The notes: generated from the letters alone by a model not told the origin. A DNA stretch of 64,000 nt from Chlorokybus atmophyticus (GCA_009103225.1 RHPI01001715.1:958011-1022010), one strand, 5' to 3'; shown: positions 34,264 through 49,539, numbered from the stretch's first letter. Numbers and translations: made by a program.

Positions 34264-37010
34264 GTGGTTGCTTGTATAGGAACGGCGCCAGAGGAGCAAA
34301 GTAGTGGGCGACTTGAGAACAATAGTTGTATAGCTACAACGATGAAGTTGCCTATGAAATGTGATGTTTGTTTTCGGAATGAGTTTGAAGATTTGCCAAG
34401 AATTAATTCACTTGAGGTAGGGCATGAGCAAATTCTCATATGCGTGCCACTTCGTGAGTTAACAAGTACTCTGACAAATTATTGGCAACTAAAGCAAACT
34501 AACCCCGAAGTTAAGGCGTGTGTTCTAACACCTAAATATTATGGTAGGTGGAAAAGGTTGTTAGGCGGTATGCGCAGTATGGGCACATTACCAAGGGCCA
34601 AATCACCTTTTGCCACTGACTTGCAAATATGGTGTGATGATGCAAGTGATCGCCGAGGTTCACAAATAAATCCTAGGCTAAGTATGGTCTTCGATGCATT
34701 AGTGAATGATAGGGCATGTGGTGTCTTAGTTGACACTGGTGCCTTAGAAGATTTCGTAAGTGCCGAATTGGCAAAAAGGGTCTCGGCCACCATTGAAACT
34801 ACCAATGCTAGGGCAAGCCTAGTAGGTGAGTTACATTGTGAAGTAAGTGGCGTGACAGAGTTGCTAATTCGAACGGGGGATTATAGGACCAAAATTAAGC
34901 TGTATGTGGTCAAGTCCCTTATTCCAGGCATAGACGTGATATTAGGTGATAGTTGGCAAAAGCACGTGAAGTTAGAATTAACAAGCGTGCCACCTTCTAT
35001 TACAATCACACAAGGTGACAAGCGTTTTGCTTTGACACCTAGTAGGAACCGTAAGCCTACCAGAAGGAGTAAACCCACCATCGACCCAGTTGATCAATGG
35101 TTAAAGGGTGACTCCGAATTGGCTGTAGGTTGCCTAAGCATAGTGGGGTACTTGGAAGAGTCAAGTGAAATTGATTGGGAAAAGGTACACCCGGTGGTGA
35201 GGGAGTTTATGGATATATTCTCCGCGGATCTACCAAGTGCACCGGCAAATAGGTTTGTCTCCCATTTGATCCCACTAAAGAAAGGGGCTGGGCCTCCGCC
35301 GTTAAGGCCATTGTATAGGCTAAGTCCCAAAGAACGTGATGAAGCAAAGAAGCAGGTGAACTATCTCCTAGAAAGGGGTTTGATAGATGAATCGCAAAGC
35401 CCCTATTCGGCTAATGTAATTTTTGCCAAAAAGAAGGGAGGCAAGCTCTGAATGTGTATTGATTATAGGTCATTAAATGCACAAACGGTGATGAATGCCT
35501 TCCCCTTACCGCGTTTGGATGATTTGTATGATCAACTAGTTGGGAAGTCTTGGTTTAGCACCTTCGACCCAACTAGTGGTTATCACCAAATACCTATCGC
35601 GATAGAAGATAGGTATAAGACAGGGTTCAAAACCCCAATGGGTCATTACGAATATACGGTGATGCCATTTGGCTTGTGCAATGCGCCAGCCACATTCCAA
35701 GTGGTAATGAATGAAGTATTTAAAGAGGAGGTAGGGAAATTTGTCCTATTGTACTTGGATGATGTTATTGTATTTTCAAGTACAAAAGAGGAACATGTGC
35801 TTCATTTACGAAAAGCCTTGAGTAGGCTAAGGGAGCATAAGTTCTTGGCGAATTTCAAGAAGTGTGACTTCTTTGCTAGAGAAGTAGAGTACTTGGGTAA
35901 TATTGTGAGTGAAGATGGAATAAAAGGCGATCCTAAGAAACTCGAAAGGGTTAAAGACTGGGCAGTTCCTAAGAATGTAACGGAGTTACAGAAATTCTTG
36001 GGTTTTTGCCTATGGTTCCGCCGTTTTATTTTAGGCTATTCAATTATAGCCGCCCCACTCACTAATTTGACAAGTACTCGAAAACCCTTTGAGTGGGGTC
36101 CTAAACAGCAACAAGCCTTTGAAAGGCTTAAGGCTGCTATGACCTCACTTCCGGTATTGAAGTTGCCGGAAATGGACAAGCCATTTGAGGTAATAAGTGA
36201 TGCCTCTTTGGCAAGAACCGGGGCTATACTAATGCAAGAGGGGCATCCAATAGCCTTTGAAAGTTTCAAGTATAAGCCCGCGGAGAAGAATTACTCGACC
36301 ACCGATCAAGAATTATTAGGTGTTGTGAAAGCGTTGCATAGATGGAGGTGTTACTTAGAGGGGAGACATTTTAAGGTGATAACTAATCAAGACCCCTTAG
36401 TACACCTAAATACGCAACCTAATTTGTCGCGACGCCAAGTAAGGTGGCATGAGTATTTGGTGCGATATGATTTTGATTGGGAATATAGGCCAGGTAGGAT
36501 AAATGCGGCAGATCCTTTAAGTAGGCATCCCGCATTGTCCGAGGATTTGGCGTTACTTGCATTGGATTATGTGAGTGACATTCCTAATCAAATAATCGCA
36601 AGTTATACTAATTGCCCGGAGTTCCTTTTGGAATTCAACCAAGTGTTAAAACCACATGGGGCATTTTGGTATAAAGATGAAGAAAAGATTGCGGTTCCAA
36701 TGGATGGGTCACTTAGGTCAAAGGTGATTGAAGAATCACATATTCCCCCTTACCATGGCCATTTTGGTATAAGGAAAACTACCGAGTCTTTAGCTAGAAG
36801 GTATTGGTGGCCGACCTTAAGAATTGATGTCGAAAGCTATGTAAAGAATTGTGACTCATGCCAAAGGAATAAATCCGTAAGAACAAAACCGGCCGGGAAA
36901 ATTACAACCTTTACCCATACCAGAGGGGGCTTGGAAGTCAATGTCTGTTGACTTTATAGTCCAATTACCTAAAACGGTAATTGGACTATGAAGTCAACCA
37001 ATACTTAGCA
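34264..37010 (+). pseudogene. Ty3/gypsy pol (protease, RT, RNase H, integrase N-terminus), one premature TGA, truncated near an assembly gap
   Basis: VLVDTGA..VILGDSW, KL*MCIDYRSLN, MPFGLCNAPATFQ, YLDDVIVFS, SDAS..NYSTTDQELL, HIPPYHGHFG..YWWP..CDSCQRNK. Confidence 0.93.
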
Positions 37011-38285
37011 ACCCATACTTAGCAAAATTAAGCCCGCACGCGCGAGAAGGGGGGGGGGGGGGGGGGGGGGGCCCGATCTTGGGCTTTCAACGAAGGAGCA
37101 GAATGTCGCGTTCGGNNNNNGGGGGGGGGGGGGGGGGGGGGGGGGGGGGGCGTAAAAAAGGGGAGGCTGTCGTGCTGTGAATACGATAATATTGTGTTGT
37201 GCTGGAGCAAGGTGCCCATGTATGTATATATTGTTGATAAAAGTGCGTACAATGCAAGATGTGGTCCATGTGCTGCTCTTTCCCACGCGCGCGTTTTTAT
37301 ACATAAAGTTGAAGTACGTAAGATATAGAGTACACAACAACGAGCGCAACAAAAACACACCTGATATCATCACGTGTGTTTTGCTACATCCTCAGCTGAC
37401 GTCTCAGCAGAGGATATGCCTGTCGTCAGTTATTGTTGCTTGTTGTCGTCATGTCATTGTTGCTTGCTTTCATGCGTGCCTTGTAACTTAGCTGTGACGG
37501 TGACAGTGTCTATGTGCACTTTGTTTTATCCTTTGTTGCCTTGCATCGTGGTAGATGATGGGTGTATGTGCGTGTGTGGCACATTGCACTCTTCTTCTGC
37601 TTGATGAAGATGCCTGCTCGTGTATCAAACACTTTGTAGCTGCTAAACTTCGTGTGTGCTGTGCGCGCTGCACGTAATACGACCCAATGTGCATAGTACA
37701 CAACGATGTCCTGCTTGCTCATCAACTGTTTTGCAGCCGCGTAACCTCATACATTAGTGCGCATGCTTATGTGTATGAATGATCTGGTCTATATTTGTTG
37801 CCCTTGAGCTTGCTTTGCTTGCCATGTTGATTGCCCGCTTGCCCTTGTGGTCCATGTGCATGGATCATTCCTACATGATGCACTACTCGCCTGTATTGTC
37901 GTGCGCGGACTGATGCTTGTGTTGCACTTGTGCTTGTCTTTGGAAGCGAGAGAGCAACTACCAAGGCGAGGAAGCAGGCACCTAACAAATGATGGGAACA
38001 ATTGCTGCTCTTCATGTCAACCTCATGCATGGCCATTGCATGTTGCAGTAACGGACTACAAGGCCATTCAGAAAAGAGCTCTTGGTCTTGGCGAAAGCAT
38101 GCGTCATGTACATACATACAATGATGGCAAAAGCATGCGCAAGCGCAGTTACTCCAGACAATAACTAGTACACAACATAAAGCGCGTCAGCAAGTGCAGC
38201 AACTAAGTTGGTCTGTATAACAGGGTTTGCAAGGAAAACAGCCATATGTCAACAGCGTGTGTGAATGCTGTTGCAAGTATGCTGC

Positions 38286-40560
<2,275 letters not shown>

Positions 40561-41853
40561 CGTCGTCGTCGTCGCCTAGCACTGCCAGCTGTGCTACCTT
40601 CAGTGGCTAGTGGCCAATGTATTATCCACACAAGCCAGAAACCCTAACCACGCATTAACCCCTGGTCATTGTCCACCGCGATAAAGCCGATATGAAGTCT
40701 GTTTCTCCCGCTGTGCGCTTGTCTCCGCCTTCCATTTGACGATATCGTTTACAGGTCAGTCAAAGTGGAAAAGTTAACTCTAGCACAGGTGCCAGTTGTT
40801 GTGCGCACGCACAAGCATGTGCGCATTAGGGTTAGGGTTTAGGGATCAGCTGGGCGGTAGTGTCGTTGAGGGTGTAGGCGTCATAGCGGGTGGCGTTGTC
40901 GCAGGCGGCGGAGGGCTGAACGGCGTTGCAGGGCATGCACAGGTAGAAGGTATTGAGGGTGAGGATGGCCGGGGTCTTGAGCGTGCATTGTATGTGAGGG
41001 CCAGTATGGCGCCTGCGCCAGCAGTACTTGCTGCAGGGGGCGAAGCTACGAGGACTGCTTTGGTGAGTTTGCTGGTAGAAATCCAGCTTTTGCATTTGTC
41101 CTCCTTGCCATTGCAATGAACTCATGGACGTCTTGAGGTTGCAATACGTGTTGCGTTGCAGTTGCTGCTGTTTTGCCATGTTGCTTAGTGTTGGCGATCG
41201 CAGAAGTCGGTTGCAATCGGGTTGCAAGCGCCAGGCGTGGTGCGGTATCTGCTTGGCTGCGCTGTCATGTTAGTGGGCGTTGTGCTCCCGTTGGCATACA
41301 TGATGCTGCGCCAGAGGAAACAGGCCAATGCACCCTTCTCGAAGCACACGTAGGTACCCATGTGTTCCCTCTGTTGTCGTGATTGCTAATCAATCATTCT
41401 ATCTATTGACTCTTGCATTGCATTGTCTGTCACTTGGAACCAAGTTTGCGTCGCGTGCATGTTGGTGGTGCTTCTATCGATTTAGCTTGCCGCACCTGTG
41501 TTGGTGTTGAAAGCCTGTCGTTGTGCTTGTTTGTTCAATGGCTGTGAGCGCTTGAACAATATCCAACGATGTCTAGAGAGCCTTTGTCTACTGCTTGCTC
41601 ACACGGCCGTTCCCTGTCTTCAGTTCTGCAGCAGGCTGACAGCTTTACTATCAGAGGCAACATCTCACAGCGCTGGTCGCGCAGCAGCAAACCCGGGTCC
41701 CTGATGTGCAACATAAGCCCTTGGAACTCATTGTTGAATGCAGATGAACGCGATCGATTGTAAAACAAGGTGCAAGGTGATTGCACGAGTTGCCAGGTTG
41801 TATGTATACACACTGTACAGCTATCACGAAGGTTGGCTGTCTCGCAGCCACTG

Positions 41854-43116
41854 CTAGTCCATCATTTCTTTTGTGATGGTGTCGAAGTCTGCATTGGAAC
41901 ATTTGGAGAAGGCCCTTGCAAAGAAGGTGTAGAACTCAGCGATGCTGATCTCGTTGTCTCCTGATGTGTCCAAGTCTTTGAATATTTCCTGCAGATCTTC
42001 TGTGGACAGTACCTGCATGTGGTTCGCAGGTCATCCCACATCATTTGAACTCGTGAAGTGCTTGTGTCGCTGCAGTGCATGTGCCCTGTCACACCAAACT
42101 AAGTACAGCAATTCCGTGTGTTCTCGCCTGCGCACCTGCGTATTGCTCTTGTTGATGTGCGCTTGAATCTCTGAAAATTCCACTTGGCCAGAGTCGTTCT
42201 GCAATGTGGAAAGCAAGCATAATGCAGGATGTCAGATCACAAGCAGCATTTTGTAAGACAGTTCAGCACACCCTATGCTGTGCCCAAAGATTACGCTTGT
42301 AAACTCACCTTGTCAATGCACAAAAACACGCTCCGCAGCCGCTGCCTCCGATATGCGCTCAACCCGTTTTTATCCTGTGTCCAGCATGTCGCGTTCATGA
42401 TCAACCGCAAGACTGGGTTAAGCATCCATAGTGCATATACAACACACTCGGGACATAAGATGCAGACAGCATGCCAAACCTGTTCGGCAAGTGCGGGGTC
42501 GGCAAAGGTGAGCACGTCCACAAGGAACTGCAACGGGTCTGCTGGTCTCGCCAACAGGGTTTCCGTCAATAGGTGGGAGAGGCACGCAGAGACTCCCTTG
42601 TCCGCCTGGCAGAGCAATGAATGTAAGGAGCAGACCAATGCATCTCCTCGCGTGAGCACAAAGACTGACTCTCAAACCGCCTCGTGTAACATGGTGAACA
42701 CCAACAGAAGGTCATGGACAGGACTCAATGCGGCGCTGGAGTGGACTGGTGTGCACTGTGCTTAAAGAAATCGTAAGAATAGGCGGGAGCGACTGATGCC
42801 ATCAAAGTGCAAATCCTGGAGCTGAAATTGCCCATGGAGATATGCAAGTGTAGTCGTACAGCAATAACATTGACAGTTGTTGTGGCCAGATACGAGTTGA
42901 CGAATTGAGCGTGTTACTTTTGTAGTACAATGCAGCAGGTGCCAGTGCCAGTGCCAGTGCCAGCACAGGTGAAGGGTTTTTCGTTTGTTCAAGCATGTCG
43001 ATTACGCCCTGTCTCATGAAACCGCTTACCAGGTATTTCTGAGCAGACTGCATGAGCGCCGCATCCGCCTCCGCCCCTCCGCTCACAAGCGTCACAGCCG
43101 CAGGCGCGGGAGCCAT
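41854..43116 (-). CDS. Small protein with an RIIa/Dpy-30-like dimerisation/docking domain and two EF-hands
   Basis: Spliced reading: QSAQKYL|ADKGVSACLSHLLTETLLARPADPLQFLVDVL..|..FLCIDK|NDSGQVEFSEIQ..|..IFKDLDTSGDNEISIAEFYTFF..MMD*. Confidence 0.75.
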
Positions 43117-44566
43117 TTTTTGGGGCGGACAGACACAACCAATCCCCGCAAGCTATCAGCGGTGCACGATATCACCACCAAGAGCTTTAAAACACTAGTG
43201 ATGGCCGGATAATACTGACGTATCTCGCTCTCTCTGGCCACTACTGGGTGGCCTACACCGCCGCCGCCGCCGCCGCCGTTGCGGGCTTTGCCATTGCCCT
43301 CGCTTGCTGCGAAAGTCACGTGACTGCCGCTCGCCGCCCAGCCACCCTCGTTATAAGAGAGAGAGAGTGGCTACTAGATGCAAACTCATACCGGTATGAT
43401 ACCACCATGAATGAAGTGGTGAAGTGGTGGGATACCATGAACTTTAAGGGCAATCCTAAATAACTTACGATAGAGTGTCAAAGAGCTTTGAACTGCATAG
43501 TCCGTTTTTTGAATTAGTTTACTCATGTACTTATAAAAAAAAATTGATGCGATACAATTCTGTGCAAGAAATTGTCAACAATTGTATATTTATAATGCAT
43601 ATATCAAATGGAAAGCAACTTTAGGCAAAACTTTTGATGCATTTTTAACATATAAAATCAAATAACATTATTTATTTGCATTCATAGTAGTTGTACAATA
43701 ATAACTGCGCTATTGCATTCGAAAAAGCAATATCGCTTTCCACCCCACCTCACCTCGCATCTGCTAATGCATGTAATAACATGACATATTAACGCGATGA
43801 CTTATCCTTGTTTTTACTTTGCTCCGTCGATGGCAATGTACAAGCAATCTGCTAGCATGCATGCCTTTTGTACGTTGGCCTTGCAGCTTACATTTGCGGC
43901 ACTTCATCATGTAGGACGGATGTGATGACGTTGCGACGCGTTTAACTCTGAGCACGGTGCTTCCAACACGTGCTCTGAACACGGTGCAAACTCCAACACC
44001 ATTTATATGATACCTTGGCGCACGTAATGAATTAATACCGTTGATGCAATATCCCGCAATGTCTTCAACCCACACTGAAACAATACCGAATGAATAATAA
44101 GATGTGCACAACCACATCAATATATGCACGAAACAAGACGGAATGGTGGCCAAGCCTCAACGGCATGAGTTACCTAATTGAGTGCAAATGTGAGGTGCCC
44201 GCAAATTTGCCGCAATTGTTGTTAAGCACACCATGCATGTTGCCATAGTACCATACCCTTTATATACACAATTGTCTCGCGCATATCCTGTACATGCACT
44301 GAATTGTCTTTTCAGCTGTGTTTTTTGATTATTGCTTTATGTTGTTCTCACAAGTCATCACACGCAATTGCTTGCCATTCCAATGCACAAATTGCGCCAG
44401 CCGCCATACCCAATAAACAACCTACTGCGACGCAACAAAGATCTTCGCATGCACATCCAAGCAGTAATACCAACCAGTCCATATATAAACTAGCTATGAC
44501 AGTCTTGGTTGACGTTGCAAACGGTGTAGATAAATAGGGTTGGCGAACTCTATCAGTGCCAGACAC

Positions 44567-44665
44567 CAACGTCTCGTACAGATCACACAGCGTGTCCAGC
44601 TTCCACTCCTCATGATTGACATTGAACTGCTTGATTCCCTTAAGCGTGGGCTCATCACGCTTCTT
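44567..44665 (-). pseudogene. Isolated ~33-codon fragment of eIF4A
   Basis: [33 protein letters not shown] closely resembles the eIF4A inter-domain linker ([30 protein letters not shown]); the flanks are not helicase-like. Confidence 0.75.
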
Positions 44666-45744
44666 GTTGTTGCCAGTCAGCACTTCATGACCAATGCCGC
44701 AGAGTACGCATGCTGTGAAAACCGCCTGCCAGGATATGTCAATGACAATGCTTGCCACGGAGAGAACGCCATGTCACACTTGCCGCACAATGCCAGTAAT
44801 ACTGAATCACTGGCATTGAAGTCAGTGGTGTATCAGTGATACACCATAGACTTTGTACACGCAACTGTGCAAGCAGGCACTCGCTTGCCGCATTGTAGAC
44901 AAGAGGATCACCTCAACTACGAGGTCGTTGTCAAGGCAGAACCACTTGCCAGGGCTGTTGGGACCATAGACGTGAGATGAACTCGCTGTTGCCTACCCAA
45001 CTGGGGCAGGTGTCATACCTCGTGTCCATGCTCTTAAGCAGCCTTGAGCAGCTCCAGGTCATTGTCTATTGTGTACCCAAACAGGCCGAGGTCTACGACG
45101 AAACAAATCCTAATACCAATGTGCTCATTCAGAAGGGGCAAGAGCTCAGGCAGCAGGTCAACCACCAGACCGGCTTTGCTGTGCGCCGCACAGCCCAGTG
45201 TTTGGACAGCTGCCTTGCCAATCATCCTGCATGCAGGCAAGCAGGTCGGCATACTCAACGCGAAAACGGTACAACATGTTGTCATGCCCCCCTACTACTT
45301 CAAGCTGACGACAAATGGCGAGGAATTACCTTCGCCACAAACAAGGAACTCTCCGGCATAGGCTGCACCATCCAATCCAATTGCGGTTCGTCCACCTTTG
45401 TGTACTCCAACTCATTGTTACCATAACCGCTCACGTAAATGCGGAAGTGCTACTTGTTCTCTGCTGACAAGCGCCAGCCGTCAGAAAGTATGTGTCATTC
45501 ATTCATGACATGTGAACGCTCAGGCGCAAGCGGCACTATACAGCATCAAAAGCATCATTGACTCTTACCTGTTTCAGAGCACCGTTGCTGGCGAGATCAT
45601 AGCGAGCTTGCCCAGGCGGAACTCAGCATTCACATCACAGACACCTTCCTTACTCCGCACAGGACATACCAAGAATACCACTTTTAAGACACGGCAGGTC
45701 AACCTTGCAGCTGTGTTGATCGTATCCAGCAATGGTGCTTAAAG

Positions 45745-48670
45745 CTAGAAATTATCAGCCTGTCCACCCAGCAGCATCCCAAAGATGTCATCCACCTTGT
45801 TCTGCTGCCCACTGCGTGAAGAAGGAGGATTCGTGCTAGCAGGTGCGCTTTCTCTTCTGCGTTTCTTGTTGCGCTTGAGACGCTGAGACTCACACACAGC
45901 AGGCAACGCAAAACTTGCTGGGATTTGCACTGTCTCGGGAGCACTGCTCCCATGCTCAGGCTTCTCGGCGAGGTCTGCTGAAGGTACACTGAAAGCGAGC
46001 TCTTGTTCAGCAGCCAGCGTGGAGGTGATGGCAGTTGCGTCACCTCCAATGTCGCCAATGTCAGGTCTAACATTACTGCCTGAGTGCTCAGCGGGGACCT
46101 TCGATCCCAGCTTGATAACAGCACTTGGTCTTAAAGAAGCATGACTGGAGTGCACAGATGACGACACCACCGCTATCCTCGGGGGTGCAAACGTTGGTGC
46201 CGGATGCAAAGAAGCTTGGGTTGCAATTCCATGGCCTACAGAAGAGACATGGACATCAGTAGCTTGATCTGCTGCAGCCAGCGGCTCCTCTTTTGGCATT
46301 GGGCGTGGGCCTTCGTGAGGGGTAGAGACAGCCGTGGTAGCCAATTTGATGACAGCAGCTGGTCTTGCTAGTCCAAAGCTAGTACTTACTGCAGCTGCCA
46401 CAGCCACCTTAGGGGCTGCAAACGCTGGTACAGCCTTGGGGATGACCTGCGATGGTGGAGAACTGGCATGGCTGTTGTTTCCCTTACCATTGACAACTGT
46501 TGCCGTGTCCTTGTGGAGTACTGATGGCATGCCATTGAGAGCAGCTGCAGCACTCAGAGAAGGCATGGGCTCGGCTGAGGACTTGGGCTCAGCTGGCAGC
46601 GCTGGTGCGGGTGCCACCTCAGCAGATGCAGCAACATGAGCAAGTATGGACTCAACCGCAGAGTCTGGCTGGGATGGCAACAGCGGTGCTGACTCAGGTA
46701 ATTGTTGCAGCGGCTGTAGTGGTGCCGCAGGTGTTGAACCGCGGATGTTGGGAGTGCCTCTCATAGAGTGTGGCAGAACTGGCTGTTGCAGCTTTTCCAT
46801 TGGTGAGTTTCCACCATACTCTTCCTGCTGAAGGTCTGACGCGCTGAGGTGAACAAGCTCAGCGTCGGTGATGCGCTCTGCCACACCAATTGCAAGTAAA
46901 CTGGCTGTGGGGACTCATACAAGCATGGTGTACGTCGCGTAGCAGTCCATACTGCACAGGCCATTGAGTTACGAGCAAACACATACCACCGAGGTCTTCC
47001 TGTGCGCTCATGAAGGGACTGTCCAACTTCTGCGCAGGCGCTGTCTCCTCATTTGACATATGTTGCCGCAGGTGCACATTGACTCCTTGATATTCGCACT
47101 GAAGCATGCACGGCAGTTTCTGCACAGACACAGTCAACTACCTGTCTGTAATCTTAATGGCAACTACATGAACTGGCACGCGCTGTGACACTGCATGTGC
47201 GCTGCCATCACACAGGCATTTGCATCTTTCTAGCCTGATGGTCCCACGAACTTGAAAAGCTATCAGATCTCCATCCAGCATGTCTGAGGGTAGCGCGCAC
47301 CTCCCTGTTGCTGCTGCATACCATACCTTGGAAGGCCGCGCTGCAGGCAGCAGCGGAAGCAACTTGATAAGCGAGTTGTATGCAGCAGCGATGTCAAACT
47401 CCACCTGGCGAAGCGACTCAGGTTGAAGTCTAGTAGCTATCATGATGGCATATGCGTAAAGGAAAAGCACCTGTGCAGTTAATCAGCTATCCAGGTGAGT
47501 GAGTAGCCCTACCTGGTGAAGCAAGACACGCAGGCGTGCCAAGATGCCCAGGTTACATAAAGCAAACGGCATGAAATAGCTTTGGCCTACTAATGCTGTC
47601 ATGAGCCTGCAACACTTGTCAAGGGCCACCAGCATGTTCCATAATGCGTAACACGTTATAGTATCAGGCGCACAAGCAGCGTCTCAGGATACGCACTCGC
47701 CTTGAGTATTGGAAGCATGGTCTTGCAGACAACAACTGTGTCAACATGGCAGTGTACTTCACGCAGCAGTGACCTTTGCAGATTGGCGGTACCTGCTCTA
47801 CAAGTTGTGCAGCCGTAAGAAGCTGGAGTAACACCCATTCCAGGGCATCACTCAGTGGCAGGTGGAGCTTGAGATCTGCAGCTTTGTTGGTCACTCTGTG
47901 TATGAAGCACATGCAAACGGTCGGCATCCTACACAGCTGCAGTAACGATACCTACAAACAGTCTGTACCCGTCTCTGGGTAGCGACTCAAGTGGCAGAAT
48001 CTCTCGGAAGCCTGCAAGACACTGGCTAAGCCCAAGCTTGCGCAAGCGCCGGACAAGGCGAGCCACCTGAACAACACACGCCCCATGAAGGTAACTACCG
48101 TAAGCAAGCTCAGCAACACTCTGCATAGCGCTAGTGTCTGCACTGCCAGTTATGAGGATGGGAGTCTCCTGTACTGTCCTTACTAGCCCACATGCACAGC
48201 ACACACAAGTCCACAGCCTGAAACATGCCTTGTGCTTGCCTCAACCAGCCTGGGGTAATATGCAGTGCGGCTATGCTGATGCTTATTCCTGTACAACATG
48301 CGATCCAGCAATGCCAGCTCCGTCACCAACCCCGGGGCATCCAATGCCGTCTGCAACAATACGCGTCAAGAATGTGCATGCTGAAAAGTTCTGTTCAATG
48401 TGCAAGGCAAGGCTAGGAAATGATCAATGCATGCGCATTGATGTTGATTGATGTTGCTAACGCCGATTCATGCGGAGCAAGCAAGCCAATCCTGTTACGC
48501 TTAAAAGTCATGCCCGTGCTGCATGCTTGATCATCAGGCAAGCTTGCCGTCGTAATGCAAGCTTGACATGTCACCTCGTGTGCTCCCAGCTCAAGCTTCT
48601 GTAGCGCCGCCACCAGCTGGTGGGACGCAGTGACCAGCCTCCACGTCACCAGATGCTGCGGCAGCCCCAT
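45745..48670 (-). CDS. NEPRO/RMP1-like (DUF4477; RNase MRP subunit family) protein with a long low-complexity C-terminus
   Basis: ELALLDRMLYRNKHQHSRTAYYPRLVE|VARLVRRLRKL, ALEWVLLQLL, LVGQSYFMPFALCNLGILARLRVLL; 379-aa Pro/Ala/Ser-rich last exon ending KKRRRE..DDIFG. Confidence 0.75.
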
Positions 48671-49539
48671 TACGACCACCACCGACACCACCCACGCCGC
48701 CGCCGCCGCCGCCGCCCAGCACACTTTTGCCCAAAGCCGTAGCCGGAACCGATAGATCAACTCCAGTGATCCAGTGATCCGACTGATCGCAGCCACAGTT
48801 TGACACAAATGGATCACCTGTCGTTAATGATTCGTCAAGATTCATGATGCCATGATGACAACATGCCGGGCGGAACGTCCTTGCAATGCGTAGCCAGCAG
48901 CGTGAACAAGTCCAGCCATCACGCAGCCGTACAACTTTGTTACACTGTGCAAGCCACCTGTGATGAGCCGCGCTGCTCAGACTGAGCTGCTCAGTGAGCA
49001 CGACTGAGATAACTGCGGTCATGCGCCTAACTTGAGCCTTGACAACGCTATGCAAAGCACCGACTTAGGGCCTGGCTCGGTCAACACTAATTACATAAAA
49101 ATAAGCCATGCTAACCTTGCAAACTGATGCCGGCCATGTATGCTCCCGAATACTGCACAGCTGTGCACTTGCCAGTGGTGAAAACTACTACTTGTGCTTG
49201 GACAAGCAGCGGCGGCTGGGAGGAAAGAGGATCAGGAGCGGCAAGAGGAGCAGGACGAGGAGGACGAGCAGCAGCGTGCCGTAGGATCCGAGCGTTGCTG
49301 CTTGCTGAAGGGGCTGTTGCGGAGAAAGAGCCGTGGTGGCAGTGGTTTTGCGGGTGGTGTAGTGGTGTAGTGCAGTGGTGGGGTGGGTGGATGGCGAGTG
49401 ATGGCTAGGCGGCGGGGGAGGTTGTCGTGGAGGCGGAGGGAGTCGACGGCGGTGACATCCGTGTGTGATCTGCGTGTTCCACCGCCGCTGACGGTCACTC
49501 TGCTCTGCGGATGACCAGCCTTCCTGATCGGATCTGCGA

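Noticed and set aside
37015-37160. Poly-Pro ORFs and an apparent insertion truncating the integrase
   Set aside because: Poly-G runs around Ns mark an assembly gap; similar artefacts occur at about 31242-31265, 50411-50553 and 60820-60840.
40826-40846. Interstitial telomere or chromosome fusion site
   Set aside because: Only about three repeat units; AAACCCTA telo-boxes occur near many 5' ends in this window.
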